Source: the human T2T-CHM13v2.0 reference genome, Homo sapiens. From it: a stretch of DNA of 64,000 nt. Numbering within the stretch: position 1 is the first letter of the stretch; every line of letters begins with the position of its first letter. Positions 26,727 to 39,370 of this stretch are shown piece by piece. The DNA lies in the NCBI RefSeq assembly GCF_009914755.1, contig NC_060927.1, one strand, 5' to 3'. Under the pieces are notes generated by a model, which made no database searches, had not been told where the DNA came from, and saw nothing but the letters and a program-made list of their open reading frames with translations. Made by a program: the position numbers and the translations under genes.

Positions 26727-26822
26727 ATTTCTGAGAAGTGACCATCATTGTATTTAGGTCTGTAAATCCAGAACCCACCAGTTAAGAATGTTTGTAGACA
26801 ATGTTGTTAATCATTCATTCAT

Positions 26823-27290
26823 TGCACCATTGTGAATTTGTCCCCACCAAATTTATATGTTGAAGCCCTAAACCCCAATGTGAAGACATTTGGAGATGGT
26901 ACCTTTGGGAGATAATTAGGTCTAAATGAGGTCATGAGGGTAGTCGTCTTATGATGGGATTAGTGCCCTTATAAGAAGGTATGTGAGAAAATTTCTCTCT
27001 CTCTCTTTCTCTTTCTCTTTTCATGTGAGGACACACTAAGTATTTATTGGGAAAAGAGGACACACCAAAAAGTGCCTTTTTTTTTCTTTTCTTTTCTGTT
27101 CTGCTCTCTTTTATGTGAGGAAAGACCAAAAAGGTTGACCTCTGCACACCAAGCAGAGGCCTTAACAGAACATGACCATGTTGGCACCAGGATCTCAGTC
27201 TTTCAGTTTCTAGACTGTGAAAATATAAATTTTTGATTTTTAAGCCACCAATTTTAAGGTATTTTGTCTTAGACTGAAGTGACTAAGACA
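26823..27290 (+). mobile_element. MLT1A-family solo LTR (ERVL-MaLR) with an internal extra segment
   Basis: tatgttgaagccctaaaccccaatgtga...gatgggattagtgcccttataaga...tttaagccacc...gactaagaca. Confidence 0.85.
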
Positions 27291-27569
27291 CTCCACTTCC
27301 ATAATCTGGTTGCTTATGAATATTTTGTCTTTATAAATTATTACTCTTATCAGTTAGGATCCATTATCAGCGCTACAGAAATAACTCTCAAATCTTGGTG
27401 ACTTCACATCATAAGATGGTACAATTTATCTCTAGCAAAAGTAATTGCCAGTTTTTTTTGTTAAACATTTTTGATGTTTGTTTTGTGTTATGCCTGGAAC
27501 TCATCAAACATCTCATATTGTTAGCTGTTACCATCATTATCATTTTTATCAGTCATCAAGCCCGGTGAA

Positions 27570-27765
27570 AACATTAATTAATTCTTCTGACAATCCTAGG
27601 AGATAAGAGCTGGTATGTTATCCCTGTTTTACAGAGAAAACTTCTCAGGCTCACAAAATGAAGCAACTTTTACAATGATACATAGATAAAAATTGGCATA
27701 TCTAAGATTCAAAGTCATGTCTCTCTGGTCTGGCATCCAGAATGTTAATCAATATAATACAATAT
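27570..27765 (-). mobile_element. MIR
   Basis: ttaattcttctgacaatcctaggag...ttatccctgttttacagag...agattcaaagtcatgtctctctgg. Confidence 0.65.
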
Positions 27766-29126
27766 AATACAAAATATATAGATTAATATACACATGGCAT
27801 TAATTATGTTTCAAACACTGTTGTAAAATTTAACATATTCTCATTTAGTAATACATGGTTGAATAGTTCCCTGAGCATGAAGGCATTATCTTATTCTCCT
27901 TTACTAGTAGGTACAAAAGATTCCCAGTAAATATTTACATGTTTCATTTTAGGCCTATATCTGAAATATTCAGATTTCAAATCCTAATATATTCTTGACT
28001 TCATTCCTAATGTTCTTTGTCATAATGTGGTAATGAATTTTTTTTTTAAACTTAATGTGTAGAAAGTGAAGACTTTTCCTGTTTTAAGATGGTCAAAAAA
28101 TGTTGACCCAGAACAATCCAGCAAATGTGTTCCAGAGGTTGGTTATCCAAAATGAATGAAAAATAACTCATATTCTTTGTCTACAACCATCTATCCAGGG
28201 ATCCAGCTGCAAAGTTGCAAGACATCAGAAGCTTTGCCTATTGTTAAGTACAATGGTAGCAAGTTCTTTAAGTCTCTCCTATAGAAGTTTTTGTTTAAGC
28301 AGTGTTAGATCTTCATGAATTTTGGCATTTTTTCCTGCATACCTTAGTAGACTAAGTTGATCAGACATCTACGGTGCTGGGGAACAATAGCTTCACTCTT
28401 AAATCTTTCTAAGACTAATATTGTATAAACTATTCCCTTTCTTACTTATTTAAGAATTGTTGTGGGATGTTGGAAATTTTAATGATTCTTATTTATTGTT
28501 TTTGTTAGTTACCATATTCACTTTCCCTTAATTTTCTTTCTTTCTTTTGAGTTCTTTCAGGTATTTTGTGGGATGGGTGGAATTATTAATATATAGTTAT
28601 GTCCAAAAATGAAAATTCAGTGGAAAAGATAAATTTAAATTATTTTCTATATATGGTATTTGAGATTTTTAAGATGAAAGAGTTGGGTTATTATTGAATG
28701 TACACAATAATATGCAAATTATTTTCTATGTAGAAAAATAATTTAAATTTTGAATAATTTAAACTTTCTTTCAAATGTCCCCATTTGGAATTTATATTGG
28801 TATTTATTGATACTTTTTCTTCACAATTCAAATTAAATAGTATCATATAATCTCACCTGGAGAAGTATTAACTTCTCAAAAACTGTTGGGGGTACATAGA
28901 CTTTATTTAACCATTCAACTTAATTCAGTCCATTTTCTTCTTTGTTTATTTATTCACTTAACTAATGTTTACAAAGTGGCAAGCTTTTAAATTGCTAATA
29001 GTGCCAAATAATATCTAAAAGAAAAATATTAGATATTTTCTTTAAAACAGAAATTTCTGAGAAAATTAAATTAGAAGCAAAATTTGAAAAGGTCAGGAAC
29101 AACTTCAATAAAGCAATTCATTTTTC

Positions 29127-29176
29127 TTTTTTTTTTATTATACTTTAAGTTCTAGGGTACATGTGCACAACATGCA
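29127..29176 (-). mobile_element. Extremely 5'-truncated L1PA 3' terminus (about 50 bp)
   Basis: ttttattatactttaagttctagggtacatgtgcacaacatgca is the reverse complement of the primate L1 3' end. Confidence 0.8.
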
Positions 29177-29764
29177 TATAGTATGCAGCCTTTTTTTTTC
29201 TTATTTTCTGGGATCATTCTGCTTCCTTATAGACCCAATTCATGTTCCAGTCCCCCCTATATTGTAATCACATGCTGGGTTTTTAAACATCTTGGATTGC
29301 TATCTTGGGCAGCCAAAAAGGAAAAAAAAATCAAATGTGAATGATAATTTTTAAGAAAACAGCTTCAAATGAATGGGATGCCTATGCACTTCCAAGAATG
29401 GGGCAGCAATCAACAAATGAATAATGGCCACAGCTGAGCTCTAACAAACACGGGATGATCCAGCTGAAGCAAAGGCTACAATTGGACTAATTTGGCACTA
29501 GGTCCATTTTAGTCCTGGCATTAGGACCACATTTTATTTCTGCTAGTGACCTAGTTCCACCTGCATTTGTCACTACTGCTTTCAGTTGCTGGACAAACTA
29601 TTTGTGAGATAAACTTGGAACAGTGATCTGGACTAAGGCAAATGCATATTGCGTTTTCTATTTACAATGGCTATGAGGAGACAGATTGTCTGACAGGTAA
29701 GGAAGCCCTGCCCAGTTTTGCCTGCCCAAGATAACATCTAGCAAATGAGAAGAATAAATCATGC

Positions 29765-30180
29765 CATTCACTACACAAATGTATTGAGTGCATAGTGCTG
29801 TGCCAGTTGGTATGCTAGCAATATAATGATGACCAAATCAAAACATTGTAAGATACTGACTTAGAAAAAAGATACCTTTTTAAACTCACACAAAACCTAG
29901 GGGGCTATGACACCTGAGGGACAGGATAGCCTGACTTGAGACTGACAGGCTAGGAAAGACTCAAAACATGTAACATTTATTTTCTTTCATCCAGCAAACT
30001 GTTACTGAGCACTCATCAGGATAGAGATACTCGGCCAAGCCTTGGGAAAACAGTGGAGAGCAAAACAGACACGCACGGTTTCTGTTCACCTCCGGAGTAT
30101 ACAGTCTAGTTTCTTTTTCCAGTTAGATAGGTGTCTGATGCCTAGTAGGAGCCTAATAAATGTTTGCTGAGTGGATATTT
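29765..30180 (-). mobile_element. Cluster of L2 3' end fragments: two minus (about 29765-29850 and 29975-30110) and one plus (about 30125-30178)
   Basis: caaatgtattgagtgc; cagcaaactgttactgagcact...acagtctagt; tagtaggagcctaataaatgtttgctgagtg. Confidence 0.55.
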
Positions 30181-31444
30181 ATGTAATACGTTCTACAGTA
30201 AAGTCTAGACTGGTTTTCTCAAGTGGTCCTGTCCCATAAATCTATTATATGGATGAACATTCTTTAAGTGGGAATCTTCTTAAGAATCACAAAGTTGACA
30301 ATTACCATGTACTTTTCTATGAGTAATATAACAAAGATGTGTACCAGATAGGACATTAGCCCCAGTAGAATCTAACCCTGGAAAAACACAAAGTAAAATA
30401 GTGCTGATCACAACTAAATATTACAAAACAGATGCTGGGATAAAAGTTCCAGTAGAGCAAGTGGTTTTGAGGATCTATATTTCAAGAAGAGATACCTGTA
30501 AAATTAGTTGCCGGTAAAGTTTAGTTCATAATGTACTTGATTAAAAATAGATTGGCAGGAGGTGTTTTTCAAGAAGTTAACTGTTATTTAAAGAGCTTTA
30601 GAGAAGAAAGGGTAGTCATTTTTACCATGCTACATAAAGGTCAGGTAAGATGGAAACTAAAGAAAGGAAAATTAGATTTGTTAATTAGAAGTTACTTGGC
30701 CTTTTAGTATCCTGGTTTAAGAGGTAGGACATTGCCAAAGAGCCAATTTCAGAGAACTGGAAAAAAAGACGAGAAAAGAGACAGGCAGATGTTTGAGCAT
30801 TCATAAAATGTTTGAGAGTAAAAGCAAGATGGGGAGAGAGAGCAGCAGTTTGAGTGTAAGCAGAAAAGGGAAATATGTGAGCCTTTACAGAGTAGTACTA
30901 ACTGTAATTCACTGTACCAAGCAATGGGGTTGTTTGCCTACATTATGCCATTTTTAGTGAAAATGGTGTCTGTGCTATGATTGGAGATCATTTACCTTCA
31001 TAAGTAAGTGCTGCACGATAGAGTATTCAAGTATTCAACAAACCATAGAGCCTTCTACATTATATATTTCAGAGTCAAAATGAACATCGGCATCCATGTG
31101 AGGGAACTGTGTTAGGTTCTGTCTGATTGCAGGAAGAAGTTATATGGTTGCGTGGCCTTAGGCAAGACAGATGATGAAAGAGTCTGGGCACATGTATGGA
31201 CAGGCTTTGTGAAGAATTGGAATGGTACCGATTTGTTATTGAACACAGGTCCACTACCATGGCTCTGAAGAACCAGTGATCTTGTATTTCCTTAAAAGCA
31301 GGTGCTTGCTTCAACTGTGACTTTACAGTACCTTGGACTCAACCATTTTTTTTTTTTTTGCTGCTTTTCTCTTTGATTCTTGCCCTCTTGAGTTTTCTGC
31401 TGCTCTGTCATCGTACACTCTTTTCTCTGTGTCTCACGTTCAAG

Positions 31445-31560
31445 ACCACACAAGAGAAAGAATGGTTCAGTCAGTCCCCATTCATTATGGACCATCTCAT
31501 TTGACATCTTACACCACACCAGATTAGAGGCCACTGGTTGCTGACAGCTACTTCGGGCAA
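31445..31560 (+). other. Candidate non-coding or poison cassette exon (116 nt)
   Basis: About 95-nt pyrimidine-rich run with a 50-nt AG-free zone, AAG acceptor at 31442-31444, donor CAA|GTAAGT at 31561; stop codons in all three frames. Confidence 0.3.
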
Positions 31561-33169
31561 GTAAGTAGCCTCCTGGGTCAACCCATGAAAGGCAAAATAA
31601 TAAATCACATAACATACAAAAAGACCACTTATGTGAAAGAAACAACCAGGGGTGGTTTTTGCAGAAGAAGGTTGCAGTCATAGAGGCGCTTGGTTTCAAT
31701 GCAGATAAAGTTTCCAATTTTCTCCTGTGTGATAAGATTCAACATACCAGCAGGATTTATAAGCAGATATGTCTCAGAGTTAGCATGCAATTGGAGGTTT
31801 CAAAATTTATTTTTTCCCAGAGTAATGTTAAGTTTTTATTTATTTTTTCTTAATTTAGAAAATTCTTTCGGGATGGAGTAAGTAATGAAAATCTGAGTAA
31901 ATAGAATCCTCAGGGAAGTGTCCATGGCCGAGTGCTGAGCATAAAAGAGGCTGATATGAAATGAGAAGAAAGATACACTCCTTCTTTTCCCTCATTCCTT
32001 TTGTTTTAGTTGAGGTACAGTTTAGTTCATTTTTTGGTTGATCATTATGTCTAATTGGAACCAGAACTCAGATGAAAGGTTGAATTCAAGGAAGAGGGTA
32101 CTGTGAATTTGATCATCAAGAAAAACTACAAAGATAAATAAGTATAAAAAGAGTCAGAAGCCAAAAGATTAGTCTTTGTTTTAATTCTTACAGGTTATTT
32201 TAATGTTTCTATAAGACTATAGCTTTTACCAAACTCTGCGTCAACTCTGACAAATGTTTTGTGCTCCTCCCTCCACCCTACCAATCCATTGTCCACGGTA
32301 TGGGTTTAGTTAATTCTCACCATTTTTACCCTTTGCTATTTTGTGCTAAGACATGTGATACCTGCAGGAAAAGTAATCATTGCCAGTAGACTTACTGTCC
32401 AGGAATGGGTAAATGATAGCACCAAATGGTACAGCTTAATTAGGAGATTCTCTAGCATTTTCCTCCATTGTTCCGGTCCAGCATGGAAGAAGCTGGACTC
32501 CTTTTCATTTCGTCCGCTATAGTGAGTTCTATGTACTAAAAATAAAAGATGATATCAAATGAATCAATTCACTTGCCAGTAAAAGAACATTTCCATCTGT
32601 ATATTTCTTTTTTTAAAATTATGTGCAGGTAATACCAATTTAGAGAACAGCAATACCATTGCAAGTAATTATTACAATTTCTCCATTATATCCATTGTTG
32701 TGGATAGTATGTTCATGATTCTGCCATAAATCCAATCTTCTCATCTAGAGTTGATTTTTGTTTTTATATGTTTGAATCTTGTATTTTTAAATTAAATATG
32801 TTTAGCTTCCCTTAAATTAGATGAACACAAATCAAAGCCAAACCATTTTAACCTACAAATGTACTTCAGTACATTTCTAACTATAAATGACAATTTAAAA
32901 AATATACATAACATGAAATTTTGCCTCAAAATACAATTTCATTATTTATTTTAAAAACTGAAGATGTAAAACTTCAATCTACCTACTATGGAAAATCATT
33001 TAATAGCCAAGTGATTTACTATACCACCTAAACCTTCAAGAGGTTTTAATTTCTGTGAAAACTTCTTAAAGCCTTTAATGCCAGATGTCCAACCCAATCA
33101 CATTATATAAACATTGATTATGTACCTTTCCTTATAGGAAACTATAATGTAAAATATAATACTGATTCA

Positions 33170-33442
<273 letters not shown>

Positions 33443-33443
<1 letters not shown>

Positions 33444-33489
33444 ACACACACACACACACACACACGCACACAATTATATATATATAATT
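33443..33489. repeat. (CA)n followed by palindromic aattatatatatataatt
   Basis: Direct reading. Confidence 0.9.
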
Positions 33490-33609
33490 TTTTGCTAGAG
33501 GTGCCTTCCCAGTCTAAGTCCTTTGGCATTCATTTCCATTCATAAAACTTTAATGGATTACCTACTAATTTCCAGATGCTAGGTTGAAAGGCTCATGGAT
33601 AAAGCATAG

Positions 33610-34460
33610 AGAAATATTTGATGAGTGGTCTGGGAGGGGAGAAGAATGTGTAAATTAGCAACATCAAGGTTTGACAAGATCTGCAGTGGAGGTGTGTATA
33701 CCAAGCAGATGAACACAGATGAGGAACATTCAACACAGCATGTATGCAGGGAGTCCTGGAAAGATTGTTTCAGAAGATGATGTCTGAGATACAAGTTGAA
33801 GTACAAGTTGTGAGCCAGGGGAAGACAGAATGGGTGGAGGGGAAGGAGAGATGGCATAGAACAAGGGAAAGAGCTGTGTTTCAAGTCATTAAAACAACTT
33901 GGACAGAGACACAGAATGGAGAAATTGACTGATGTGGGGTCAATAACAGGTGTCAGAGTTTAAACCCTGAAGCAGGAAGTGATGAGAGATAGGCTGCAGG
34001 GGTTGATCATAGCCCCTCACGGAAGGTGCTGGTATGTCCATACTCAGGTGCAGAGCCTGCCACGAGGATGGATTCCTAAATTAGGATGTTAAGCAGGATG
34101 ACACATGGCCTCACATGCATTTGAATTGGTTACTTTAGGATATACATGGTGAAAAAATGAATTGAAAGTAGGCATGGCTAGAGGCCAGCATTGTTCTTAA
34201 TGGTATATTGCAGAGGTCCAGATAAGGATTTGTGAGGGCCTGGTACTAGGAGTATGTTACATGTAAGAGGACCAAGTCAAGAAGCATTTAGGAAGTAAAA
34301 TCAGTAAGTCTTAGTATTTGATTCAAATTATAAAGAGGCAGGAGAATGGAAGAAAGCATCAGGAACCCATTTCTAGCATGAGTCGTTAAGAGATGGTCTT
34401 GCCTCCAACTGACTGTTTCTGAGGAGCAGAGGTTCAGCTGAAAGAATAACTTGAGCTGTG
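33610..34460 (-). mobile_element. Old L2 3' region
   Basis: ggaaagattgtttcagaagatgatgtctgag...gagagataggctgcagggg...agaagcatttaggaagtaaaatcagtaagtcttag. Confidence 0.65.
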
Positions 34461-34547
34461 ACTCAATCTATGATTAAAACATAGGATAATTGGATAGACT
34501 CATTGTTTGATTATTGCCGTTTGTTTTCAACTGCATTTTCTTCACAT

Positions 34548-34790
34548 TTTATTTTTAACTATTAATTGAATTCTATAGTATGCATGCAGTAAAGTACATG
34601 TATCACAGCTTAGCTACCTGGTTGTCTTCATTTTGGGAAAAAATCATTTCTATGTAAACTTAAGATTTGTACATAGCCTCATTTCTTTTTCTCCAAAGTG
34701 AACATACCTATGTAACCAACATCTGAATCAAGAAGAAGAACATATTACCAGCACCCCCCAACCCTCAGAGAGTCCCGTTTCAGGGCCTTT
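34548..34790 (-). mobile_element. L1ME-type 3' end fragment
   Basis: catgcagtaaagtacat...caaagtgaacatacctatgtaacca...atcaagaagaagaacatattaccagcacccc. Confidence 0.6.
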
Positions 34791-35057
34791 TAAAATTAAG
34801 CCTGAGATTGACTATCTGTGAAAACTGTATTCCTTAGCTGCCCATTATTTTGGCAAAAGGCAATAATTGATGAAGTTGGAATTTAAGTTGGCAGAAGTGT
34901 AAAAGGCAGGAGATTTTTCAGAGCTGTTAACACTGCATGTGGCAAAGATCACCTCTCAAAGAAAGCAGGGGTTATGCAGTGAATTCATGAATTCCTAGCA
35001 GAAGGGACCTGGTTAGCTATTTTTATGAGAGAGGGTATGTTTTTCCTTAATAATTAG

Positions 35058-35377
<320 letters not shown>

Positions 35378-36110
35378 TTATGATTCTTAAAATGCATTTG
35401 CTTCACATTTTTATATCTCTGACTTTGAGAATTATCTTGCAATGGATGCTGATCAGCCTGGTGTGCCATCAGCCTGGTGTGTGGCAGCCCCCACTCGGTT
35501 GTTTTTGTCCTCACTTGGCTTGTGCTCCATCATGGCCATGACTGTCATCACTTCAATTAAGCCATGTGCATGACTAGTGGTAAATGTATTGATGCCATGT
35601 GCCAAGCTGTGCTACCAGCTTCAGGAGAAATTTTCCTATCCCTCAGAATAGAAGAAAGGAATTTCAAGGTCATGAGTGACTGGTATGACTGATTCAGCAG
35701 GTGTATTGGCCACACATCAAACAATAGGACTACCACTTCCTGTTAACTTTGAACAGAAGCTCCTTCCCTTTCAGCAGCCTGTGACTCCATAGAGAAAGAA
35801 ACAAAACTGAGTTGGTTCAGGTTAGACAGCACTAGCATCAAACTTTTCAAAATGAGCTTAGATGAAAACTCTGTAGGAAAAGTAATGAAACATAGACTGA
35901 TGATTCCAAGGGAAAAAAAGTGATTGAGAAGAGCTGGGTCCTGATGAACTTTTAGTAATACCATTACTGCTTTTTTTTAACACTATAAAACACACTTAAA
36001 AATCATTGTGTACTTGAAATGTTTCTTTCAAAATACGTGAAAAAAATTAAAAAATATGTACGAAACAATTCTAAGTGGTAAGAATGCATTGTCATAGTTT
36101 AATTATAGTG

Positions 36111-36493
36111 ACTTTATTTTATTTTTATTAATACTTTGTTTTAGAGCAGGTATAGATTCACAGAAAAATTGAGCAGAAAGTACAGAGAATTCTCATATTT
36201 CCCCTGCTTCAACAAATACACAGCCTCGTTCCTTATCTACATCCTGCACCTCAGTGGTACATTTGTTCCAATGTATTATTTTATCTAGAAATAATATTTC
36301 AACATATTGCCCAGGCTGGTCTCCAACTCCAAGGCTCAATTAATTCTCTTGCCTGAGCATCCCAAAGTGCTGGGATTACAGGCATGACTCTTGATGAACC
36401 TACAATGACACATCACCATCACCCAGAGTTCATAAGTTTATTTTAGGGTTCACTCTTGGTGTTGCCCATTCTATGGCTTTGGACAAATTTATA
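36111..36493 (-). mobile_element. L1MC-type 3' end, interrupted by an Alu monomer
   Basis: ttttagagcag...aaaattgagcagaaagtacagaga...gtggtacatttgtt [insert] ttgatgaacctaca...agggttcactcttggtgttg. Confidence 0.8.
36274..36390 (-). mobile_element. FLAM/Alu left-monomer fragment
   Basis: ttgcccaggctggtctccaactcc...cccaaagtgctgggattacaggcatga. Confidence 0.8.
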
Positions 36494-36684
36494 TTTGCAG
36501 TGTTTTTTATTTTTGTATTTTGTCATTGTTGTTCTTCATGGCATATTAAATAATGGTGCATCTTATTAGTAGATGGTATAAGATGTGATGAAATATGGTA
36601 TCTGTCTCCACTCCCAACTCATGAGCCATCACCAGAATTCTGGTGCAAACCCTCAACGGTATGGTTTTCTATGGCCGAAGTGAA

Positions 36685-36905
36685 AATAGCAATTGTCATT
36701 TGAGTATTTAGTTTGCGTCTGGTATACTGACAAGTGATTTACTTGTATTATTTTTAGTGGTAACATCTCTATAAATTATCTCATTTTGTAGATTAAGTAA
36801 GTTTTCAAAGATGACACGGGACTTCAATGACAGAGTTAGATTTTGAACAGATATTTATCTGATTTCAATTGCCCTAAATACAGCTACTATGCATATTGCC
36901 TCTCA
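36685..36905 (-). mobile_element. MIR
   Basis: ttatctcattttgtagat...gacagagttagattttgaacag...tctgatttca...actatgcatattgcctctc. Confidence 0.6.
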
Positions 36906-37929
36906 GATAATAGATACTGAAATTTTTAAAATCAGCTGTGTCATGGCAAGTAAAGATGTGTGACTTAATGGAGATAAAGCTTAACATTTTGGGGAAAACG
37001 TGTAAGTTCAATGACTTTTATAATCCTTGGTTTACTCTAGTGCAGATATGAACAATAGCACATACTTACTAGAAGTGGAACTTGCTGTCAGGCTACTTAA
37101 CATTGTAATGGTTTAATGAGCAATGAGGTTATTACACAAATGCAACCCATTCTGAAGATGCTCAGTCCCTTCACATACCTTACTTCAAAACCTACTTTGT
37201 TAAAAATAATAATCATTATAAAATACAGTCAACTTTCTACTAAATCTATTCTCCAATTATTTAACTCTGGTTTATACATTCACATCTGGTGACCCCCTGA
37301 TAAACTGAGGGGCTTTGTTCTAAAACAACAGAATACATTTTTTAATACATAAAATTTACTAAGGATTAAACATGCACATCTGGAAAATGCAGTCTCCTCT
37401 TTCCTCTAATACAGCCACAAAAAGGATCAATAAAGCTAATTAATCTGCTGCTTTGAAATAAACGCACAGGTCCAATTGAGAAAACTTTTTTCCTCTGCGT
37501 ACCTGGTTCTGTTGAAATCACCACAGAACTTGTGTTTCTTGGCACTATCCAAACGCTGCACTTTTGGAAAGCCTGGAGTACATAGCTAATTAGAATAAAT
37601 TGGGAGTATAACATAGCAGGTCTGGGGTAAAAGTCAGAAACAGGTTTGGACCAAGTTTTTCCAGTTTCTAATGACCAGTTTCGTGGTGTTTTCCTTTCAT
37701 CGCTGATCTCAGGAACAATTGGAGATCATCACTGCTGCCCACCCCATGTTTTGCCCTCTCCTGGTGGCAGCATGGCATGCTATCACCCCTTGCTCCTCTG
37801 CAAATGGCCCTCATGAGAAGGAGCTCGGATAAGGTAGTGAAAGGCACTATTTGACAAAAACTTGCTGTGTGCCAATCACTGAATGAAGATGATTTTCATG
37901 TGTCATTTTTGCTATTCTGTGATTCAGTC

Positions 37930-38080
37930 TTTTCACTTCAATCCATAGATATGTATTCTAAGTCACAGAGAAACTATGCCACTTATCTAAGGTCAGATGG
38001 CTAAATACTTGGGTAAGAGATGACTTAAATCTAATGATTTTAGATTCCAGAGCACATGATCTGAACCATAATGCTATATT
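37930..38080 (-). mobile_element. MIR fragment
   Basis: acttatctaaggtcagatggcta...gattccagagcacatgatctgaaccataatgctata. Confidence 0.55.
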
Positions 38081-39235
38081 TTAATAAGTACAAACTTTAG
38101 GACAATGTTGGTTCTCCATCTGCTTAAAGTCACTCTGCTTCTGTGTGCAATTTTCTTAGCTTCTCTTTGCTAGTGATAACAGACTTGCTGAAGTTGTCCC
38201 AGGAAGATGCAAAATAACATATGTCAAGCACCTGAAAAAATCCTAGGTGCTCTGAGCGTGCTAATTTCTTTCTCAAATCCCCCTTTTCCTGTGTTGCTGT
38301 GAGTGCCAGTATCTCCTTGCTGCTCCTGCCAATGAGATAGATATATAGATAGATGCTATAGGAATATTGACAAGAGCCTTTTTCTCAAGTTAAGGTCTAT
38401 AAAAGGCTGGTGGATGATAACTCCATCTCTGCTTTCTAAATCAAGGGAAGGGCTAATCTATTATAAATGTTACTCTTCCCTGGAGACTTCTATGGGAAGT
38501 CATTCAGGACAGGCAGCTGTAATGGTGTCACTCAGATCATCTAATTAAATGACGCCTGCCCTCACTAATCATGGAGAGGGCCTAGAAGGGAAGGCGACAC
38601 ATTATTCCAGATTAATTCCTGATTATTCTGTACAAATAGAAGGTTTAGTAAGAGAGAGCCTGAATCAATAAGCATATATGTGTCAGAGGGTTGAAATGAA
38701 TCTTTCATCCTCCTGGAACAGTCTAGGTTTCACAAATCAACAACCTGGCAGTACTGCATTTGGGTACAAAACAAGGATCAGAAAATTACCTTTTATAGAC
38801 ATTGCCTTTCAGATGTCTCATTACTGCCACTCTCAAACCTTAGATTCTTCCAGAGGGCTCTTATGCAAAGACCCTGGCAATAAAACTGCAAACTTTACAT
38901 GGAAGATGCTCTAAATTGGGAGGTTTGTTTTCCTGGATTCATTATCAGCATATTTCAGGGGTGCATACCTGTTGTGTTGGACGGAAATACTCAGACTGTA
39001 CCAACAGAGTCTGGTGATGGTGGCAAAAATAATTTCTTCCTTTGAGAGTTGGTAGTTATTAGGCTTAGTGACCACAGAAACAATTGTCTAATGCCATTTC
39101 TCTCCAGGCATTACTGGTTTTACCATAAGTTGAAAATCGTGAATTATAACAACTGAGGTGCAGCTATATGGATCCAAGTTCATTATTTCCAAGCACCATT
39201 GTAGACACTTCTATTTGCATATTGAATATATAAAA

Positions 39236-39370
39236 CCATCTGTCATTATGCCCACAGATGAGGAAACTGAGGCCCAGAGAAATCTGGCTGATCAGTGGGA
39301 AAGTCACACATTTTCATCCAAGTGTTTTGCCTCTGGGGCTTCAGTCCCTCACCACAGTCACATACTGTCT
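39236..39370 (-). mobile_element. MIR fragment
   Basis: acagatgaggaaactgaggcccagaga core. Confidence 0.7.

Larger units (their letters stand above)
36040..36598 (+). mobile_element. Tc2-type DNA transposon (Kanga/MER104-like) split by an L1MC insertion; pieces at about 36040-36104 and 36494-36598
   Basis: gtcatagtttaatt [L1] ttgcagtgtttttt...aataatggtgcatctta...gatgaaatatgg followed by TA. Confidence 0.55.

Noticed and set aside
26477-26778. FLS-rich and ERK-rich ORFs
   Set aside because: Produced by the CT/TTTC microsatellite.
29586-29696. 111-nt exon-like segment ending CAG|GTAAGG
   Set aside because: Mediocre acceptor; indistinguishable from background pseudo-exons without data.
35452-35481. 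Short direct repeats (14 bp here; similar at 1232-1280, 16718-16750 and about 20316-20350)
   Set aside because: Ordinary slippage-type micro-duplications with no sign of function.
37503-37572. 70-nt minus-strand exon candidate (ccag|...cag|gtacgc)
   Set aside because: Poor pyrimidine tract and unrecognisable peptide.
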